A stretch of DNA of 64,000 nucleotides. It comes from Bacteriovoracia bacterium (GTDB lineage: Bacteria; Bdellovibrionota; UBA1018; CAIPTA01). The stretch is from the NCBI GenBank assembly GCA_050246755.1, contig JBFWVL010000004.1:160001-224000 (forward strand). Reading direction: 5' to 3'. The notes below the pieces were generated by a model that ran no database searches, had not been told where the DNA came from, and worked only from the letters and a program-made list of their open reading frames with translations. The translations under genes and the position numbers were made by a program. Shown here piece by piece: positions 8,691 to 19,832 of the stretch. Within the stretch, counting starts at the first letter, position 1, and every line of letters starts with the position of its first letter.

Positions 8691-11420
8691 TTGGAGAAGT
8701 TTACTTATTTAGGCGCCCAGAACGTCGGCTATATCGAAGAGCTCTTCGAGAGCTTTTTGCAAAACCCTCAGGCAGTGGATCCAGAATGGCGGATGTTTTT
8801 CGAAGGAATCGAATTCGCCAAAAAGGTGAGCGGCTCCGCGCAGGGATTTTCCGCCAAAGAAGTAAAAGTCTACGATCTCATCCGGGCCTACCGAAAATTC
8901 GGGCACATGAAGGCGAAGCTCGATCCTTTGGAGCTGCGGAACCGCAGCTTTCCCGAGCTTGAGCTTAGCATGTTCGGCTTAGACCAAAAAGATCTAGAGA
9001 GCTCCTTCGAGATCGGTTCCGTGATCGGCCTGAAGGGCGCAAAATTAAAAGATATCGTGGCTCAGCTAGAGCATATTTACTGCGGATCGATGGCGGTGGA
9101 GTTTACCGACTGCTATCCCGATGTGCAGCGCTGGATATTGAAGGAATACGAGCAAAGCGTTTTCCGGGCTTCGCCGGAAACGCAAAAAGAAACGCTCAAG
9201 ACGCTCACCAAAACCGAAGCGCTCGAAAAATTCATTCAGACCCGTTTCGTGGGCGCGAAGCGCTTTTCCGTGGAAGGGGGCGACGCCCTACTTCCCATGA
9301 TGGAGCACCTCTTGCGCGTGGGCGTGCCGGAAGGCCTGGAAGAAGTGGTGATCGGAATGGCTCACCGCGGGCGTGTGAACATGCTCGCCACCTATTGCGG
9401 TAAACCACTCGATCTCATTTTTTCCGAATTCGAAGGAAATTATAATTCCAATCAGGGCTACGTGGCCGATGGCGACGTGAAGTACCATATGGGATTCTCT
9501 TCGGATCGTGACGTGAGCGGAAAAAAAGTGCATCTTTCGATGGCCTTCAATCCCAGTCACCTCGAGTGCGTAGATCCGGTGGTCGCCGGCATGACCCGGG
9601 CCAAGCAGCGCTTGCGCAAGGACAATAAAGAGCGGAAAAAGGTTTTGCCCGTGCTCATTCACGGCGACGCGGCCTTCATCGGCCAAGGAGTGGTGCCGGA
9701 AACCCTCCAGCTTTCCCAGCTCGAAGGCTATACCGTGGGCGGTACGCTCCATATCGTGGTGAATAACCAGATTGGCTTTACTACCAATCCGGAATACTCG
9801 CGCTCTTCCACCTATTGCACCGATGTCATTAAGCCGCTCCGTGTGCCTGTGTTTCACGTAAATGGCGACAATGTGGATTCCTGCTTGCTCGCGCTGGAGC
9901 TGGCCTACAAATTCCGTCAGACCTTTAAGCAGGATATCGTGATCGATATCGTTTGCTACCGCCGCTTCGGGCATAACGAAGGCGATGAGCCTGCGTATAC
10001 CCAGCCGGTGATGTACCAGGCGATCAAGAGCCACCCCACTCTCCGCGAGATCTACGCCAAAAAGCTGGCGGCCGAGGGCGTAGCTACGGAGGAGGAGTCC
10101 AAGGCCATGCTAGAGGCCGAGATGGAACGTATGCAAGGCTTACTCGAAAAGTCGCGCAAGGAATCGATTACGCCGAAGTTCTTTACCCTCGAAGGCGTGT
10201 GGAAGGGCCTGAGACGCGCCAATGCCCAGGATTTCTGGCAAACGGTGGATACCCGCGCTTCCGCCGAGACGATCGAGTCCGTGGGCAAAGTGCTCACCAC
10301 TTGGCCCCAAGGCTTCACGCCGCACCCGAAATTACAGAAGCTCCTCGAGAGCCGCAAAAAAATGATGGAGCTCAAGGAAGTGGACTGGGGCATGGGTGAG
10401 CTGCTCGCCTACGGCGCCCTGGTGACCGAAGGAATTCCGGTTCGTTTGTCAGGCCAGGATGCTGGCCGCGGGACTTTCACGCACCGTCATGCCATCTTCC
10501 ACGATGCCAACGACGGTACCCGCTATTCCCCGCTGAACACCATTCAGCCCGACGTGGCCGACTTCGCCGTGCACGATTCCTCGCTATCCGAAATGGGCGT
10601 GCTGGGCTTCGAGTACGGAAATTCGATCACCGATCCCCGCTTGCTCGCGATCTGGGAAGCGCAGTTCGGCGATTTCGCCAACGGCGCGCAGATCATCATT
10701 GACCAGTTCATTGCTTCGGCCGAATCGAAGTGGCAGCGCATGACCGGCTTGGTAATGCTCTTGCCTCACGGCTACGAAGGCCAGGGCCCCGAGCATTCGA
10801 GCGCCCGGCTCGAGCGTTTCCTCCAGCTTTGCGCGCAGGAAAATATGCAGGTGGCTTACCCCACCACGCCTTCCCAGCTATTTCATCTCCTGCGCCGCCA
10901 AGTGAAGCGCGATTTCCGCAAGCCGCTCGTGATCATGAGCCCGAAATCTTTGTTGCGCCATCCCCAGGTGGTTTCTCCGCTAGAGGAATTCACCAAGGGC
11001 ACCTTCCGCGAAGTGATCGTGGATGCTCAGGCCGCGAAGGATCCGGCCAAGATCAAGAAAGTGGTTCTTTGCAGCGGCAAGATTTACTACGAGCTCAACG
11101 ATGAGCGCGTAAAAACCGGCGATGATTCCACCGCCATTCTTCGCGTGGAGCAGATTTATCCTTTCCCGGGCGAGCAAATCGCGCAGGCCTGCAAGGCCTT
11201 TACGAACCTGAAGCAGGTGATCTGGGCCCAGGAAGAACCCCGCAATATGGGCGCCTATTCTTTCGTGGCTCCTCGCCTGCAGGAATTTTTCCCGGATGCG
11301 GGAACTCGCGGAATCGCGTTCCGTTACGTGGGCCGCACCGAGCGCGCCAGCCCAGCAATCGGTTCGCCTAAAGTGCACCAACAAGAACAGATGGAAATCA
11401 TCAAAGGGTGTTTTCGATGA
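8691..11420 (+). CDS. sucA: 2-oxoglutarate dehydrogenase E1
   Basis: [63 protein letters not shown]. Start placed at TTG 8691 after GGGAAAGGA. Confidence 0.97.
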   Translation: MEKFTYLGAQNVGYIEELFESFLQNPQAVDPEWRMFFEGIEFAKKVSGSAQGFSAKEVKVYDLIRAYRKFGHMKAKLDPLELRNRSFPELELSMFGLDQKDLESSFEIGSVIGLKGAKLKDIVAQLEHIYCGSMAVEFTDCYPDVQRWILKEYEQSVFRASPETQKETLKTLTKTEALEKFIQTRFVGAKRFSVEGGDALLPMMEHLLRVGVPEGLEEVVIGMAHRGRVNMLATYCGKPLDLIFSEFEGNYNSNQGYVADGDVKYHMGFSSDRDVSGKKVHLSMAFNPSHLECVDPVVAGMTRAKQRLRKDNKERKKVLPVLIHGDAAFIGQGVVPETLQLSQLEGYTVGGTLHIVVNNQIGFTTNPEYSRSSTYCTDVIKPLRVPVFHVNGDNVDSCLLALELAYKFRQTFKQDIVIDIVCYRRFGHNEGDEPAYTQPVMYQAIKSHPTLREIYAKKLAAEGVATEEESKAMLEAEMERMQGLLEKSRKESITPKFFTLEGVWKGLRRANAQDFWQTVDTRASAETIESVGKVLTTWPQGFTPHPKLQKLLESRKKMMELKEVDWGMGELLAYGALVTEGIPVRLSGQDAGRGTFTHRHAIFHDANDGTRYSPLNTIQPDVADFAVHDSSLSEMGVLGFEYGNSITDPRLLAIWEAQFGDFANGAQIIIDQFIASAESKWQRMTGLVMLLPHGYEGQGPEHSSARLERFLQLCAQENMQVAYPTTPSQLFHLLRRQVKRDFRKPLVIMSPKSLLRHPQVVSPLEEFTKGTFREVIVDAQAAKDPAKIKKVVLCSGKIYYELNDERVKTGDDSTAILRVEQIYPFPGEQIAQACKAFTNLKQVIWAQEEPRNMGAYSFVAPRLQEFFPDAGTRGIAFRYVGRTERASPAIGSPKVHQQEQMEIIKGCFR

Positions 11421-12655
11421 AAGTAGATATTAAAGTTCCCGCAGTCGGCGAATCAATCACCGAGGCCACCATCGGCCAATGGCTGAAAAAAGATGGCGAG
11501 CAGGTGAATAAAAACGATGTGTTGATCAGCCTCGAAACCGATAAAGCCACCGTGGAAGTGGTGGCGGAAAACGCCGGCAAGCTATCAATCTCCGCGAAGA
11601 ACGGATCAGTGGTTAAAATCGGTGCTACCGTGGGAAGCATCGATACGGATGCCACTGGCTCTGCCTCGGCCGATGCTCCACCGAAAGCCCCGGCTGCTTC
11701 GGCACCGAGCTCCCCTCCTCCCCGCGCCCCAGCTCCCGCGGCCAGCGCCGCGCCTTCTTTTGCGCAGGAAGTATTGAGCCCCGCCGTGCGCCGCGTGGTG
11801 GACGAGCGCGGCCTGGATCCCGCCACCATCAGCGGCACCGGCAAAGATGGACGCATCACCAAATACGACGCGGAATCCGCGCCGGCCTCGGCCCCGCGTT
11901 CGGCTCCTGCCGCCGCCGTGCCTACGTCGAGTATCAATCGTAGCTCGGTGAGCGACGCCGGCATCCGCCGCGTGCCGATGACCACGATCCGTAAACGTAT
12001 CGCCCAGCGCTTAGTGGAAGCGCAGCATACGGCCGCCATTCTCACCACTTTCAATGAAGTGGATATGAGCGCCGTGATGGCCCTGCGCGAGAAGTATAAA
12101 GATAAGTTCAAAGAGAAATACGGAGTATCGTTAGGCTTCATGGGCTTTTTCGTGAAGGCTTGCATCTTCGCGCTCAAAGAAATCCCCGAAGTGAACGCCA
12201 GCATCGAAGGCGAAGACACGGTTTACCACGACTATCATAATATCGGCGTGGCCGTGGGCACCGAGAAGGGTCTGATCGTGCCCGTGATCAAAGATGCCGA
12301 GCATCTTTCGCTTTCCGGCATCGAACTCGCCATCCGCGGTTTTGCCGGCAAGGCCAAGGAAGGAAAAATTTCGCCCAATGATCTTTCGGGCGGGACTTTC
12401 ACCATCTCCAACGGCGGCACCTATGGTTCCCTCATGAGTACGCCGATCCTCAACCCGCCCCAGAGCGGAATTCTCGGCATGCACAAGATCGAAGACCGCG
12501 CCGTGGTGGTCAATAAAGAGATCGTGATCCGCCCGATGATGTACCTCGCCCTTTCCTACGACCACCGGATCATCGATGGTAAAGGCGCCGTTACCTTCCT
12601 CGTGAAAGTAAAAGAAGCGATCGAGGATCCGCAGCGTTTACTCTTGGAGATTTGA
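11417..12655 (+). CDS. sucB: Dihydrolipoamide succinyltransferase E2
   Basis: Lipoyl ETDKA, E3-binding [10 protein letters not shown], catalytic YDHRIIDG; ATGA overlap with sucA. Confidence 0.97.
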   Translation: MKVDIKVPAVGESITEATIGQWLKKDGEQVNKNDVLISLETDKATVEVVAENAGKLSISAKNGSVVKIGATVGSIDTDATGSASADAPPKAPAASAPSSPPPRAPAPAASAAPSFAQEVLSPAVRRVVDERGLDPATISGTGKDGRITKYDAESAPASAPRSAPAAAVPTSSINRSSVSDAGIRRVPMTTIRKRIAQRLVEAQHTAAILTTFNEVDMSAVMALREKYKDKFKEKYGVSLGFMGFFVKACIFALKEIPEVNASIEGEDTVYHDYHNIGVAVGTEKGLIVPVIKDAEHLSLSGIELAIRGFAGKAKEGKISPNDLSGGTFTISNGGTYGSLMSTPILNPPQSGILGMHKIEDRAVVVNKEIVIRPMMYLALSYDHRIIDGKGAVTFLVKVKEAIEDPQRLLLEI

Positions 12656-14064
12656 TGAGCGAGCAATTCGATTTAGTGATCATTGGCTCCGGCCCCGGCG
12701 GCTACGTGGGTGCCGTAAAGGCCGCCCAGCTTGGGCTAAAAACCGCGATCGTGGAAAAAGATCCCACGATGGGAGGAACTTGCCTGAACGTGGGTTGCAT
12801 TCCTTCGAAGGCCTTGCTGGATTCTTCCGAGAACTTCGATATGGCCCGCCACCATTTTAGTGAGCACGGCGTGCAAGTGGGCGACGTAAAGCTCGATCTT
12901 CCGCAGATGATGCTGCGCAAAGATAAGATCGTAAAAGACCTCACCAAGGGCGTGGCCTACCTCATGCGTAAGCATAAAGTTTCCGTATTCGAGGGCTATG
13001 GTTCGATCTCCAGTCCCAATACCGTGGAAGTTTCCGGCAACGACGGCAAAAAAACTCAGATCAATACCAAGAATATCGTGATCGCCACGGGCTCGGTGCC
13101 GAACGCCCTGCCTGCCCTGCAGTTCGATGGGAAAAAGATCATTTCCTCCACCGAGGCCCTTACCCTCTCTTCCGTGCCTAAGCACTTGATCGTGGTGGGC
13201 GGCGGCGTGATTGGCCTCGAGCTCGGTTCCGTATGGCTGCGCCTCGGCGCCAAGGTTACAGTGATTGAATATGGCGAGCGCCTTTGCGGCGGCATGGACA
13301 AGCAGACCAGCGAAGCCCTCAAGCGCATCCTCGAGAAACAAGGCTTCTCTTTCATGATGAATACCAAGGTAATGGGCGCGCGCATCCAGGATTCCGGCGT
13401 CTCGGTATCCGTAGAAGGCAAAGCCGGCGAGAAGATGGACAACGTGGAAGGCGATATCGTGCTGGTAGCGGCCGGCCGCAAAGCCTTCACCACCGGCCTC
13501 GGCTTGGAAAATCTCGGCATCGAAAAAGACCAAGCAGGCCGCATCGTGGTGGATAGCCACCTACGCACCAAAAAGTTCGCGAATATCTATGCCATCGGCG
13601 ATGTGATCGCCGGCCCTATGCTCGCGCATAAAGCCGAAGAAGAAGGCGTGGCCGTGGCCGAAATGGTGGCGGGAAAGCCCGGCCACGTGAACTATTTTAC
13701 GGTTCCGAGCATTGTGTATACTTGGCCGGAAGTGGCCTCGGTGGGCTTCACGGAAGAGCAGCTCAAGGAAAAAGGCACCGAGTATAAGGCGGGTAAATTT
13801 CCTTTCACCCCGAACGGCCGCGCCAAAGCCATGGGCATGACGGATGGCTTCGTGAAAATCCTCGCCGACAAGAAAACCGATCGCGTGCTCGGCGTGCATA
13901 TCATCGGCCCCCGCGCTTCGGATATGCTGGCGGAAGCCACGATGGCGATGGAGTTTGGCGGCAGCGCCGAAGACATCGCCCGCGCCTTCCACGCCCACCC
14001 CACGCTTTCCGAAGTGATGCGGGAAGCGGCGCTCGCGGTGGATAATCTTTCCCGGCAGATGTAG
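12655..14064 (+). CDS. lpdA: Dihydrolipoamide dehydrogenase E3
   Basis: GSGPGG, GGTCLNVGCIPSK, HAHPTLSE; TGATG overlap with sucB. Confidence 0.97.
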   Translation: MSEQFDLVIIGSGPGGYVGAVKAAQLGLKTAIVEKDPTMGGTCLNVGCIPSKALLDSSENFDMARHHFSEHGVQVGDVKLDLPQMMLRKDKIVKDLTKGVAYLMRKHKVSVFEGYGSISSPNTVEVSGNDGKKTQINTKNIVIATGSVPNALPALQFDGKKIISSTEALTLSSVPKHLIVVGGGVIGLELGSVWLRLGAKVTVIEYGERLCGGMDKQTSEALKRILEKQGFSFMMNTKVMGARIQDSGVSVSVEGKAGEKMDNVEGDIVLVAAGRKAFTTGLGLENLGIEKDQAGRIVVDSHLRTKKFANIYAIGDVIAGPMLAHKAEEEGVAVAEMVAGKPGHVNYFTVPSIVYTWPEVASVGFTEEQLKEKGTEYKAGKFPFTPNGRAKAMGMTDGFVKILADKKTDRVLGVHIIGPRASDMLAEATMAMEFGGSAEDIARAFHAHPTLSEVMREAALAVDNLSRQM

Positions 14065-14070
14065 TTCTTC

Positions 14071-15225
14071 TTAGCGAAACCGCAACGCCGCGGTTTCACT
14101 GCGGTCGGGTATGGCACGGAGAATTTCCAGCTCCGCCCTATTCTCCCGCGGAAATTCTTTCCAGTAGTCCATCACGCTCTTGCCATTTTTATCCTGCGCC
14201 TTGAGGCTGACTCCACGCTGGATCATCAGCTTCAGTACTTCGGTTTTTACGTTCCGCCCTGCCGAATAAAAATAATATCGGGAGAGCAGCATCACGGCCG
14301 TTCGGCCCTCTTCGTCGGTTTGCTCGAGATCGATCAAAGCAGAATTCCTCAGACCATGCACTAGCGCCAGCAAAGACGTAGGTGAAAGTTGCCCGGCCCA
14401 GCAAAGCAGTGCTCCCACCCGCGCACAGGGCCAGCTAGTGCCTAAGGTAAAAGGAATGCGTAAATCTGCGCCCATATCGATCGCCGCGATCACCGGATCG
14501 ATGAGGAAAACGTCGGGTTTGGAGTAAATTGCCAGCGGGATCGCGCCGCCATAGCCGAATTGCCGAAAATTGATATCAGCGCCGGCTTTTACTAAAAGAC
14601 GAACCGCTTCGGCAGATCGCGTGCGGAAAAGCGGGGCTTCCTGGGCGATGCGCGGATCGGCGCCAAGCTCGAGAAGCCGGGCCGTGATCTTGGCAATATT
14701 CGGGGCGCTCGAGAATAATTCATCGCCCGCGATGCGTGCTTTGCGGTCGGCCAGGTAATTTACGGAATCCACGTCTCCCTTCTCGGCGGCTTGGCCGAGG
14801 GGAAATTTTTCGAACGAGCAAATGGCTTCGGCGCACTTCCCTTCTTTATCTTGCGGGCAACTCTGCAGGTCGGCGCCGGCATCCACGAGGGTTTTCACGA
14901 AAGGAAAGGCATCTTCTTTGCGGATCATTTGGATCACATGGAGGATCTCGTAGCGGCAGAAGCCGTCCGAAATGGTGCGTAGCTTGAGATCTGCACCGAG
15001 GTCCACCAGGCGCTCGAATGCTTCAAAATCGGAGCTCTTCGCCGCAATTTCTAGGAGACTCTCCCGCTGAGAAGAGCGCAGGCAGTTCGTGGCGCGCGCG
15101 AGCCTTTCGATCGCGGGGAGATCCTTGGCTCTAATCGCCGCGGAAAATTTCTGGTGCCGGGCCTCCGTGCAATCCAGCGCGAATGCGTTTGGCGCTAGGA
15201 ATAGGAGGGCAAAAAGAAATCTCAT
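14071..15225 (-). CDS. Secreted ankyrin-repeat protein
   Basis: Signal peptide MRFLFALLFLAPNAFA at 15225; repeated LVDLGADL / LVDAGADL / LLELGADP / LVKAGADIN / QDKNGKS ankyrin ends. Confidence 0.75.
   Translation of the reverse strand: MRFLFALLFLAPNAFALDCTEARHQKFSAAIRAKDLPAIERLARATNCLRSSQRESLLEIAAKSSDFEAFERLVDLGADLKLRTISDGFCRYEILHVIQMIRKEDAFPFVKTLVDAGADLQSCPQDKEGKCAEAICSFEKFPLGQAAEKGDVDSVNYLADRKARIAGDELFSSAPNIAKITARLLELGADPRIAQEAPLFRTRSAEAVRLLVKAGADINFRQFGYGGAIPLAIYSKPDVFLIDPVIAAIDMGADLRIPFTLGTSWPCARVGALLCWAGQLSPTSLLALVHGLRNSALIDLEQTDEEGRTAVMLLSRYYFYSAGRNVKTEVLKLMIQRGVSLKAQDKNGKSVMDYWKEFPRENRAELEILRAIPDRSETAALRFR
14076..14097. terminator. Hairpin just downstream of lpdA (possible terminator)
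   Basis: GAAACCGC-N6-GCGGTTTC; no strong U tail. Confidence 0.35.
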
Positions 15226-15815
15226 TTCGAGAATCCGGCGAGCCCCAAATAACGTCGGTATACGTTGCGCGACTCGGTGGCCGAAATCACCAAGGAATAG
15301 CTGATTGCGCCCGCTTCGCTCAGCACGAAAGATTCCTCGCTGGGCTCGCCGAGCCAAATACGTTGGGCGCCCGAGGTGGGATCCAGCAGAAAGCGGAAAC
15401 TGTCGAAGTGCTTGCCGCGAAAATCCACCGACTGGGGCATATTCCATTCCACATTGCTCTGGCTTTTGCGCACGAACTCCGCGGGTCCGCGCACGGGGCC
15501 GAACGCTAGCGTGACTTCCCCGAGCTGGTTTTGGAGGCGCTCATTTAATCCGGGATTTTCTCCGTCCAAGCTCTGAAACGCGGAACAAAGAAAGGTATCG
15601 CGGGTGGCGCCGTTGCAGATATAGCCCTGCTTGCGCAGTTCGCCCATCCGGGCCAAACCTTCGTCGCTGTAGGAATAAACTATTTCGTAGCGCTTTTTCT
15701 GCAGGAGATCGAAGCGCTGGTTGAAGCGGTAGATTCCCGGTTCCAGGAAGACGGGTTCGCCGCCGGCCGCCAGGGAAGTAAATGGAATGAGGCACAGTAA
15801 AAGAAAGAAACGCAT
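15222..15815 (-). CDS. Hypothetical secreted protein
   Basis: SD AGGAGG before MRFFLLLCLIPFTSLA; ATGA overlap with the ankyrin gene. Confidence 0.7.
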   Translation of the reverse strand: MRFFLLLCLIPFTSLAAGGEPVFLEPGIYRFNQRFDLLQKKRYEIVYSYSDEGLARMGELRKQGYICNGATRDTFLCSAFQSLDGENPGLNERLQNQLGEVTLAFGPVRGPAEFVRKSQSNVEWNMPQSVDFRGKHFDSFRFLLDPTSGAQRIWLGEPSEESFVLSEAGAISYSLVISATESRNVYRRYLGLAGFSK

Positions 15816-15823
15816 ATACCCTC

Positions 15824-16255
15824 CTATTTTGACTCTCGTGCAACTACGGCCAATGTGCAGCGCGAGCTGCATACTAGTTTCCCGTCGCTGGTTTTTAATT
15901 CAATTTGCCAAACTTGGGTGCGGCGGCCCACGTGCACCGGCCAGCCTTCGCCCACTACCTTGCCGCCATCGGGCACGCCGCGGATATGGTTGGCATTGAT
16001 CTCGAGGCCTACCACGGTTTCTTTTTGCTGGTCGATATGCACTCCGGCGCCGAAGGAAGCTAAAGTTTCGGCAAACGCAACGGAAGCTCCTCCGTGGAGC
16101 AAGCCGTAGGGCTGAATGGTGCGATGATCCACGGGCATGGTGCCGCGGATGGATTTTTCATCGAGGTGCGTGATTTCTATTCCTAGAGTATTCACCAGGG
16201 ACTGGGTTTTGGGGTCACGGATTTTTTTCCAGATGGTTTCGATGTTTGAACTCAT
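15824..16255 (-). CDS. Hotdog-fold thioesterase (PaaI/MenI-like)
   Basis: MPVDHRTIQPYGLLHGGASVAFAET, GLEINANH. Confidence 0.9.
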   Translation of the reverse strand: MSSNIETIWKKIRDPKTQSLVNTLGIEITHLDEKSIRGTMPVDHRTIQPYGLLHGGASVAFAETLASFGAGVHIDQQKETVVGLEINANHIRGVPDGGKVVGEGWPVHVGRRTQVWQIELKTSDGKLVCSSRCTLAVVARESK

Positions 16256-17118
16256 GGAACCCTTCCTGGCGGCAGGCCGGAGTTAGTGGAAGTGGGAGCG
16301 GTTAAATCCGAGGCCGGCGAGGGCGGAGGAGCCACAGGAATCGCGGCCTTCTTGGCCTTCTCTTGCTCGGCTAACTTATTGGCGGCCTGAGCGAGAGGCC
16401 CCGCGAGGGCGGCTCTAATATCTTCCATACGCCTAGCGCTCAGCCCGAGATCCCCAAAGGGAAACCGGTTGCGGATGCGATAGTCCACCACGATCTGCGC
16501 AGGATTGTTTTTGGATTCCCGGCCTTCCACCACGATATCGTCGATCGAGTGCAGGAAAGGGTTTTCCAATTCCGCTTCCACGTGAGGATAGGTTTTTTCG
16601 GAGTGAACGATGCGCCAGCCGGGAAAATTATCCCTCAGGGTTTTCTCGATCAAAGGAGTGGCCTCCGCGAGAGGAATTTTTACGCTGATGGATTCGAGGC
16701 CGGAATAATGCATGTTCTGCAAGCCGGCGAGCTCGGAGCGATAGTCGCGATTCAGCTCGAAGGATTTGTCTAAAAACTCCGCGCCGGCCTGCGGCTGGAA
16801 CAGGTAGACCGGCCGCAAGAAAGCCGGCGGCTTCAGCACGTTGGTGGTGAGATCGTTTAGCGGATGAATATAATATAGGTAGCCTGCGCCGCCTAAAGCC
16901 GCGAGCGAGAGCAGTCCGACCAGAAGGGAAAAAGTGGGCATGCCCCGCTTCCCCCACTTCAGGGTTTGGAAGAGCGCCGGGAGAAGGAGAAGCGCCGCCC
17001 ATGCGAGCCCGCCGAGCACTAGGCAGATTCCTAAATTGGGGGAAGTGAATTTCGTGGCGGCACCCGCGAAACCTAAGGCCGCGAGGAGCAGTCCAAGGAT
17101 GGAAAAAAATGCCAGCAT
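16252..17118 (-). CDS. DUF1499-like membrane protein
   Basis: Three N-terminal TM segments; NDLTT...P, IDDIVV, GDLGLSARR resemble DUF1499. Confidence 0.6.
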   Translation of the reverse strand: MLAFFSILGLLLAALGFAGAATKFTSPNLGICLVLGGLAWAALLLLPALFQTLKWGKRGMPTFSLLVGLLSLAALGGAGYLYYIHPLNDLTTNVLKPPAFLRPVYLFQPQAGAEFLDKSFELNRDYRSELAGLQNMHYSGLESISVKIPLAEATPLIEKTLRDNFPGWRIVHSEKTYPHVEAELENPFLHSIDDIVVEGRESKNNPAQIVVDYRIRNRFPFGDLGLSARRMEDIRAALAGPLAQAANKLAEQEKAKKAAIPVAPPPSPASDLTAPTSTNSGLPPGRVP

Positions 17119-18222
17119 CTAGGTTTGCCAGCTCTTCCAGTAATTAGGCAGCTCGAGGGCTTCAGCACTGGCGTCGCGTTGCAAAGGCTTCCGCGAATCG
17201 ATCATCACCGCGTACTCGTTCGTGAATTTCAGGTCTTTGATCTTCTTAAAGGCCTGAGGATGCGGGCCATGCGGAAACCCGGCGGGGTGAAAGCTCATCA
17301 TGCCCGCGTGCAGGTTGGCCCGGCTGAAGAAGTCGCCGTTGTGGTAAAAAAGCACTTCATCGTAGTCGATGTTCTGGTGATAGAAGGGAACCTTGAGCGC
17401 ATCCTCGTCGCTCTCGATCGGTCGCGGCACGAAAGAGCAAACCACGAATCCCGGGGCCACGAAAGTGGTATGCGCGGAAGGCGGCAGATGCGCACGATGG
17501 CTCACGAGGGGCATTAGCTGATCCATATTGAGCGTGAAAGGAAAGAGGTCCCCTTTCCAGCCCAGCACGTCGAACACGCATTCTTCGTATTCAAAACGCG
17601 TGATCTCATTGGAATGTTTCACGTCCACTTCCACGCATTTCATCGTTTGATTTTTTAGCAGCGCCTGCATGGCTTCTAGGTCGGGCAAATTCAGCTGCGC
17701 GGTATCATATACCGCGTTCTTGCCCACCATCCCGCGATCGGGCTCACGGTAGTCCCCAGAAAGGTTTTCGATCAGTAGAAACTGCGTGGGCTCGTGGGCG
17801 AGGAATACGTGGGCGAAGCATTTGGGGATCATGATGTAGTCGCCGGGCCGGTAATTCAGCAGGCCGTACTCGGTGAGCACTTTTCCCGTGCCGAGGTGGC
17901 AGAAATACATGGAGTCGCCGTCGGCATTGCGGAAGGCGTTCAGGTTTTTCGCGTCGTCGGGCTGTACCCACTGCGAATAGATCACGAGGTCGGAGTTGAA
18001 GAGAATACGGTGGCGTTTCCCGCTGCGATCGGCCTTCACTAAATCCAGCATTCGGGGCTTGAGCGGCCCATCGATGGTGCGCCAGCGCGTGGAGGCTTTC
18101 CGCTTTATGAGATGGGAAACGTGGCCATAAAAGCCTTTACGCCCTTGTTCTTCCTCTACGTAACCCTCCGGAATTCCCTTATGGGCTTGGCGGGTGTGAA
18201 TGCCTCGAGATGAAAAGTACAT
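17119..18222 (-). CDS. hmgA: Homogentisate 1,2-dioxygenase
   Basis: FRNADGD, HLPPSAH, VPFYHQNIDYDEVLFYH, HPAGFPHGPHP; start at MYFSSRG. Confidence 0.9.
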   Translation of the reverse strand: MYFSSRGIHTRQAHKGIPEGYVEEEQGRKGFYGHVSHLIKRKASTRWRTIDGPLKPRMLDLVKADRSGKRHRILFNSDLVIYSQWVQPDDAKNLNAFRNADGDSMYFCHLGTGKVLTEYGLLNYRPGDYIMIPKCFAHVFLAHEPTQFLLIENLSGDYREPDRGMVGKNAVYDTAQLNLPDLEAMQALLKNQTMKCVEVDVKHSNEITRFEYEECVFDVLGWKGDLFPFTLNMDQLMPLVSHRAHLPPSAHTTFVAPGFVVCSFVPRPIESDEDALKVPFYHQNIDYDEVLFYHNGDFFSRANLHAGMMSFHPAGFPHGPHPQAFKKIKDLKFTNEYAVMIDSRKPLQRDASAEALELPNYWKSWQT

Positions 18223-18333
18223 ATGGATGGCTCCTCGGAAAAAGCATAGCACCGTTAGCGTGATGCGCGGAGCGTTATGTGGCGAGGAAAATTGGGCAAC
18301 CCGGCGAAGTTTTTGTTACTTTACGTTTTGCCC

Positions 18334-19371
18334 ATGAGCACCATTTATGGATTTACCCTGCTGCGCAACGGCCTCAAATACGATTATCCCTTTCGGGAAT
18401 CGCTGGCCGGGCTGCGCGGGCTTTGCGAGAAAACATTTCTAGCCCTCGGGAAATCCGAGGATGGCACCGAAGCCGTGGTGCAAGCCCTGCCCAATCTCGT
18501 GATCGTCCCCACCGTCTGGGACGAAGCCAAGCGCCAGGGCGGAACGATTCTCTCCGAGCAAACCAATATCGCCCTGCAGGAAGCACGCAAGAACGGCGCT
18601 AAGGGCTGGGCATTCTATCTTCAGGGCGACGAATGCATTTCCGAGCGCGACTACGCAAAAATCCGCGAGGATTTAGCGGAGGCCGAAAGAAAAGGTTGCG
18701 ACTGTGTTTCGTTTCGCTATTTGCATTTCTGGCAGAGCTACGAAAAATTCTGCATCGGAAAGCGCTGGTATCCGCAGGAGATCCGCGCGATCCGACTCGA
18801 CTCTAAGATCGAGAGTTATGGGGATGCCCAGAGTTTTCGTGGATGGAAGAAGCGCTTCGAGAGCGAAGCCATTATTTACCACTATGGCCATGTGAGAGAA
18901 GCGAAGGCCTACGATCAGAAGAAAAAGGATTTCCACCGCTGGTGGCATGCCGACTCCGAGATCCCCGAGGTTTTAGCCAAGGGAGAAGAGGGAGATAAAG
19001 CTGAGCCCACCCTCGCCTACTACGGCCCTCACCCAGCGGTGATGCAGGAAAGAATAGCATCCCACGGCGGGCTCGCGAATTTACCGAGGCGCGACGTGTA
19101 CGTGTACGGCCGCAAAACGGACTATTCTGAAGATTTCTTGGCCCGCGTTCAGGCCGATCTCCACTGGACCCAAACCGCGAAAGCGATCGTGGAGAGAAAA
19201 GACGAGAATACGATCCTGCTCCGTGAGCTTCCATTCTGGCCGCGATTGTTTAGCTGGGGTTATTTTAAGTCGAAGGTGCCGAAAAAGATGGGATCTCCCC
19301 AGGCGCGGAGGTGGAAGCCGGAGTTCCGGGCGCTCCTGAAGTTTTCCGAGCGCGGCGTGAGAGTGAGCTAA
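18334..19371 (+). CDS. Glycosyltransferase family 2-like protein
   Basis: GFTLLRNGLKYDYPFRES, SEDGT, LSEQTNIAL, WAFYLQGDE, IYHYGHVR. Confidence 0.7.
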   Translation: MSTIYGFTLLRNGLKYDYPFRESLAGLRGLCEKTFLALGKSEDGTEAVVQALPNLVIVPTVWDEAKRQGGTILSEQTNIALQEARKNGAKGWAFYLQGDECISERDYAKIREDLAEAERKGCDCVSFRYLHFWQSYEKFCIGKRWYPQEIRAIRLDSKIESYGDAQSFRGWKKRFESEAIIYHYGHVREAKAYDQKKKDFHRWWHADSEIPEVLAKGEEGDKAEPTLAYYGPHPAVMQERIASHGGLANLPRRDVYVYGRKTDYSEDFLARVQADLHWTQTAKAIVERKDENTILLRELPFWPRLFSWGYFKSKVPKKMGSPQARRWKPEFRALLKFSERGVRVS

Positions 19372-19832
19372 GCCCAGGGTCGGGACTGGATAATTTTGGA
19401 TTCGATTTTTTCCATCAAAAAACTCACCCACTTTTCCACCGCTTTTTGATCCATTTCCGAGAAGCGGTTCAGGCTCGGTGAATCCAGGTCGAATACTCCG
19501 AATGCCGCTCCGTTTTTTATCAGGGGAATCACCATTTCGGAACGCGAAGCCGAATCGCAGGCGATATGCCCCGGAAATTCGTGCACGTCAGAAACGAGCA
19601 AGGTTTTCTTTTTGGTGAAAGCGGTTCCGCAAACTCCCCTGCCAATTTTGATTTCGGTGCAGGCCGGTTTTCCGCAAAATGGGCCGAGGATTAACTTCTG
19701 GCCGTCGAATAAATAAAACCCCGCCCAATTAATATCGGGCAGTCGCTGAAAAACAAAGGCGGAGAAATTCGCTAAATCCGCGAGCCATTGCCCGCAAAAA
19801 AGATGCTCGAGCTCGGTGTTGTCGTGGTTCAC
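19368..19832 (-). CDS. msrC: GAF-domain free methionine-R-sulfoxide reductase
   Basis: NWAGFY, LGPFCGKPAC, GRGVCG, FPGHIACDSASRSE, DLDS. Confidence 0.85.
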   Translation of the reverse strand: MNHDNTELEHLFCGQWLADLANFSAFVFQRLPDINWAGFYLFDGQKLILGPFCGKPACTEIKIGRGVCGTAFTKKKTLLVSDVHEFPGHIACDSASRSEMVIPLIKNGAAFGVFDLDSPSLNRFSEMDQKAVEKWVSFLMEKIESKIIQSRPWA

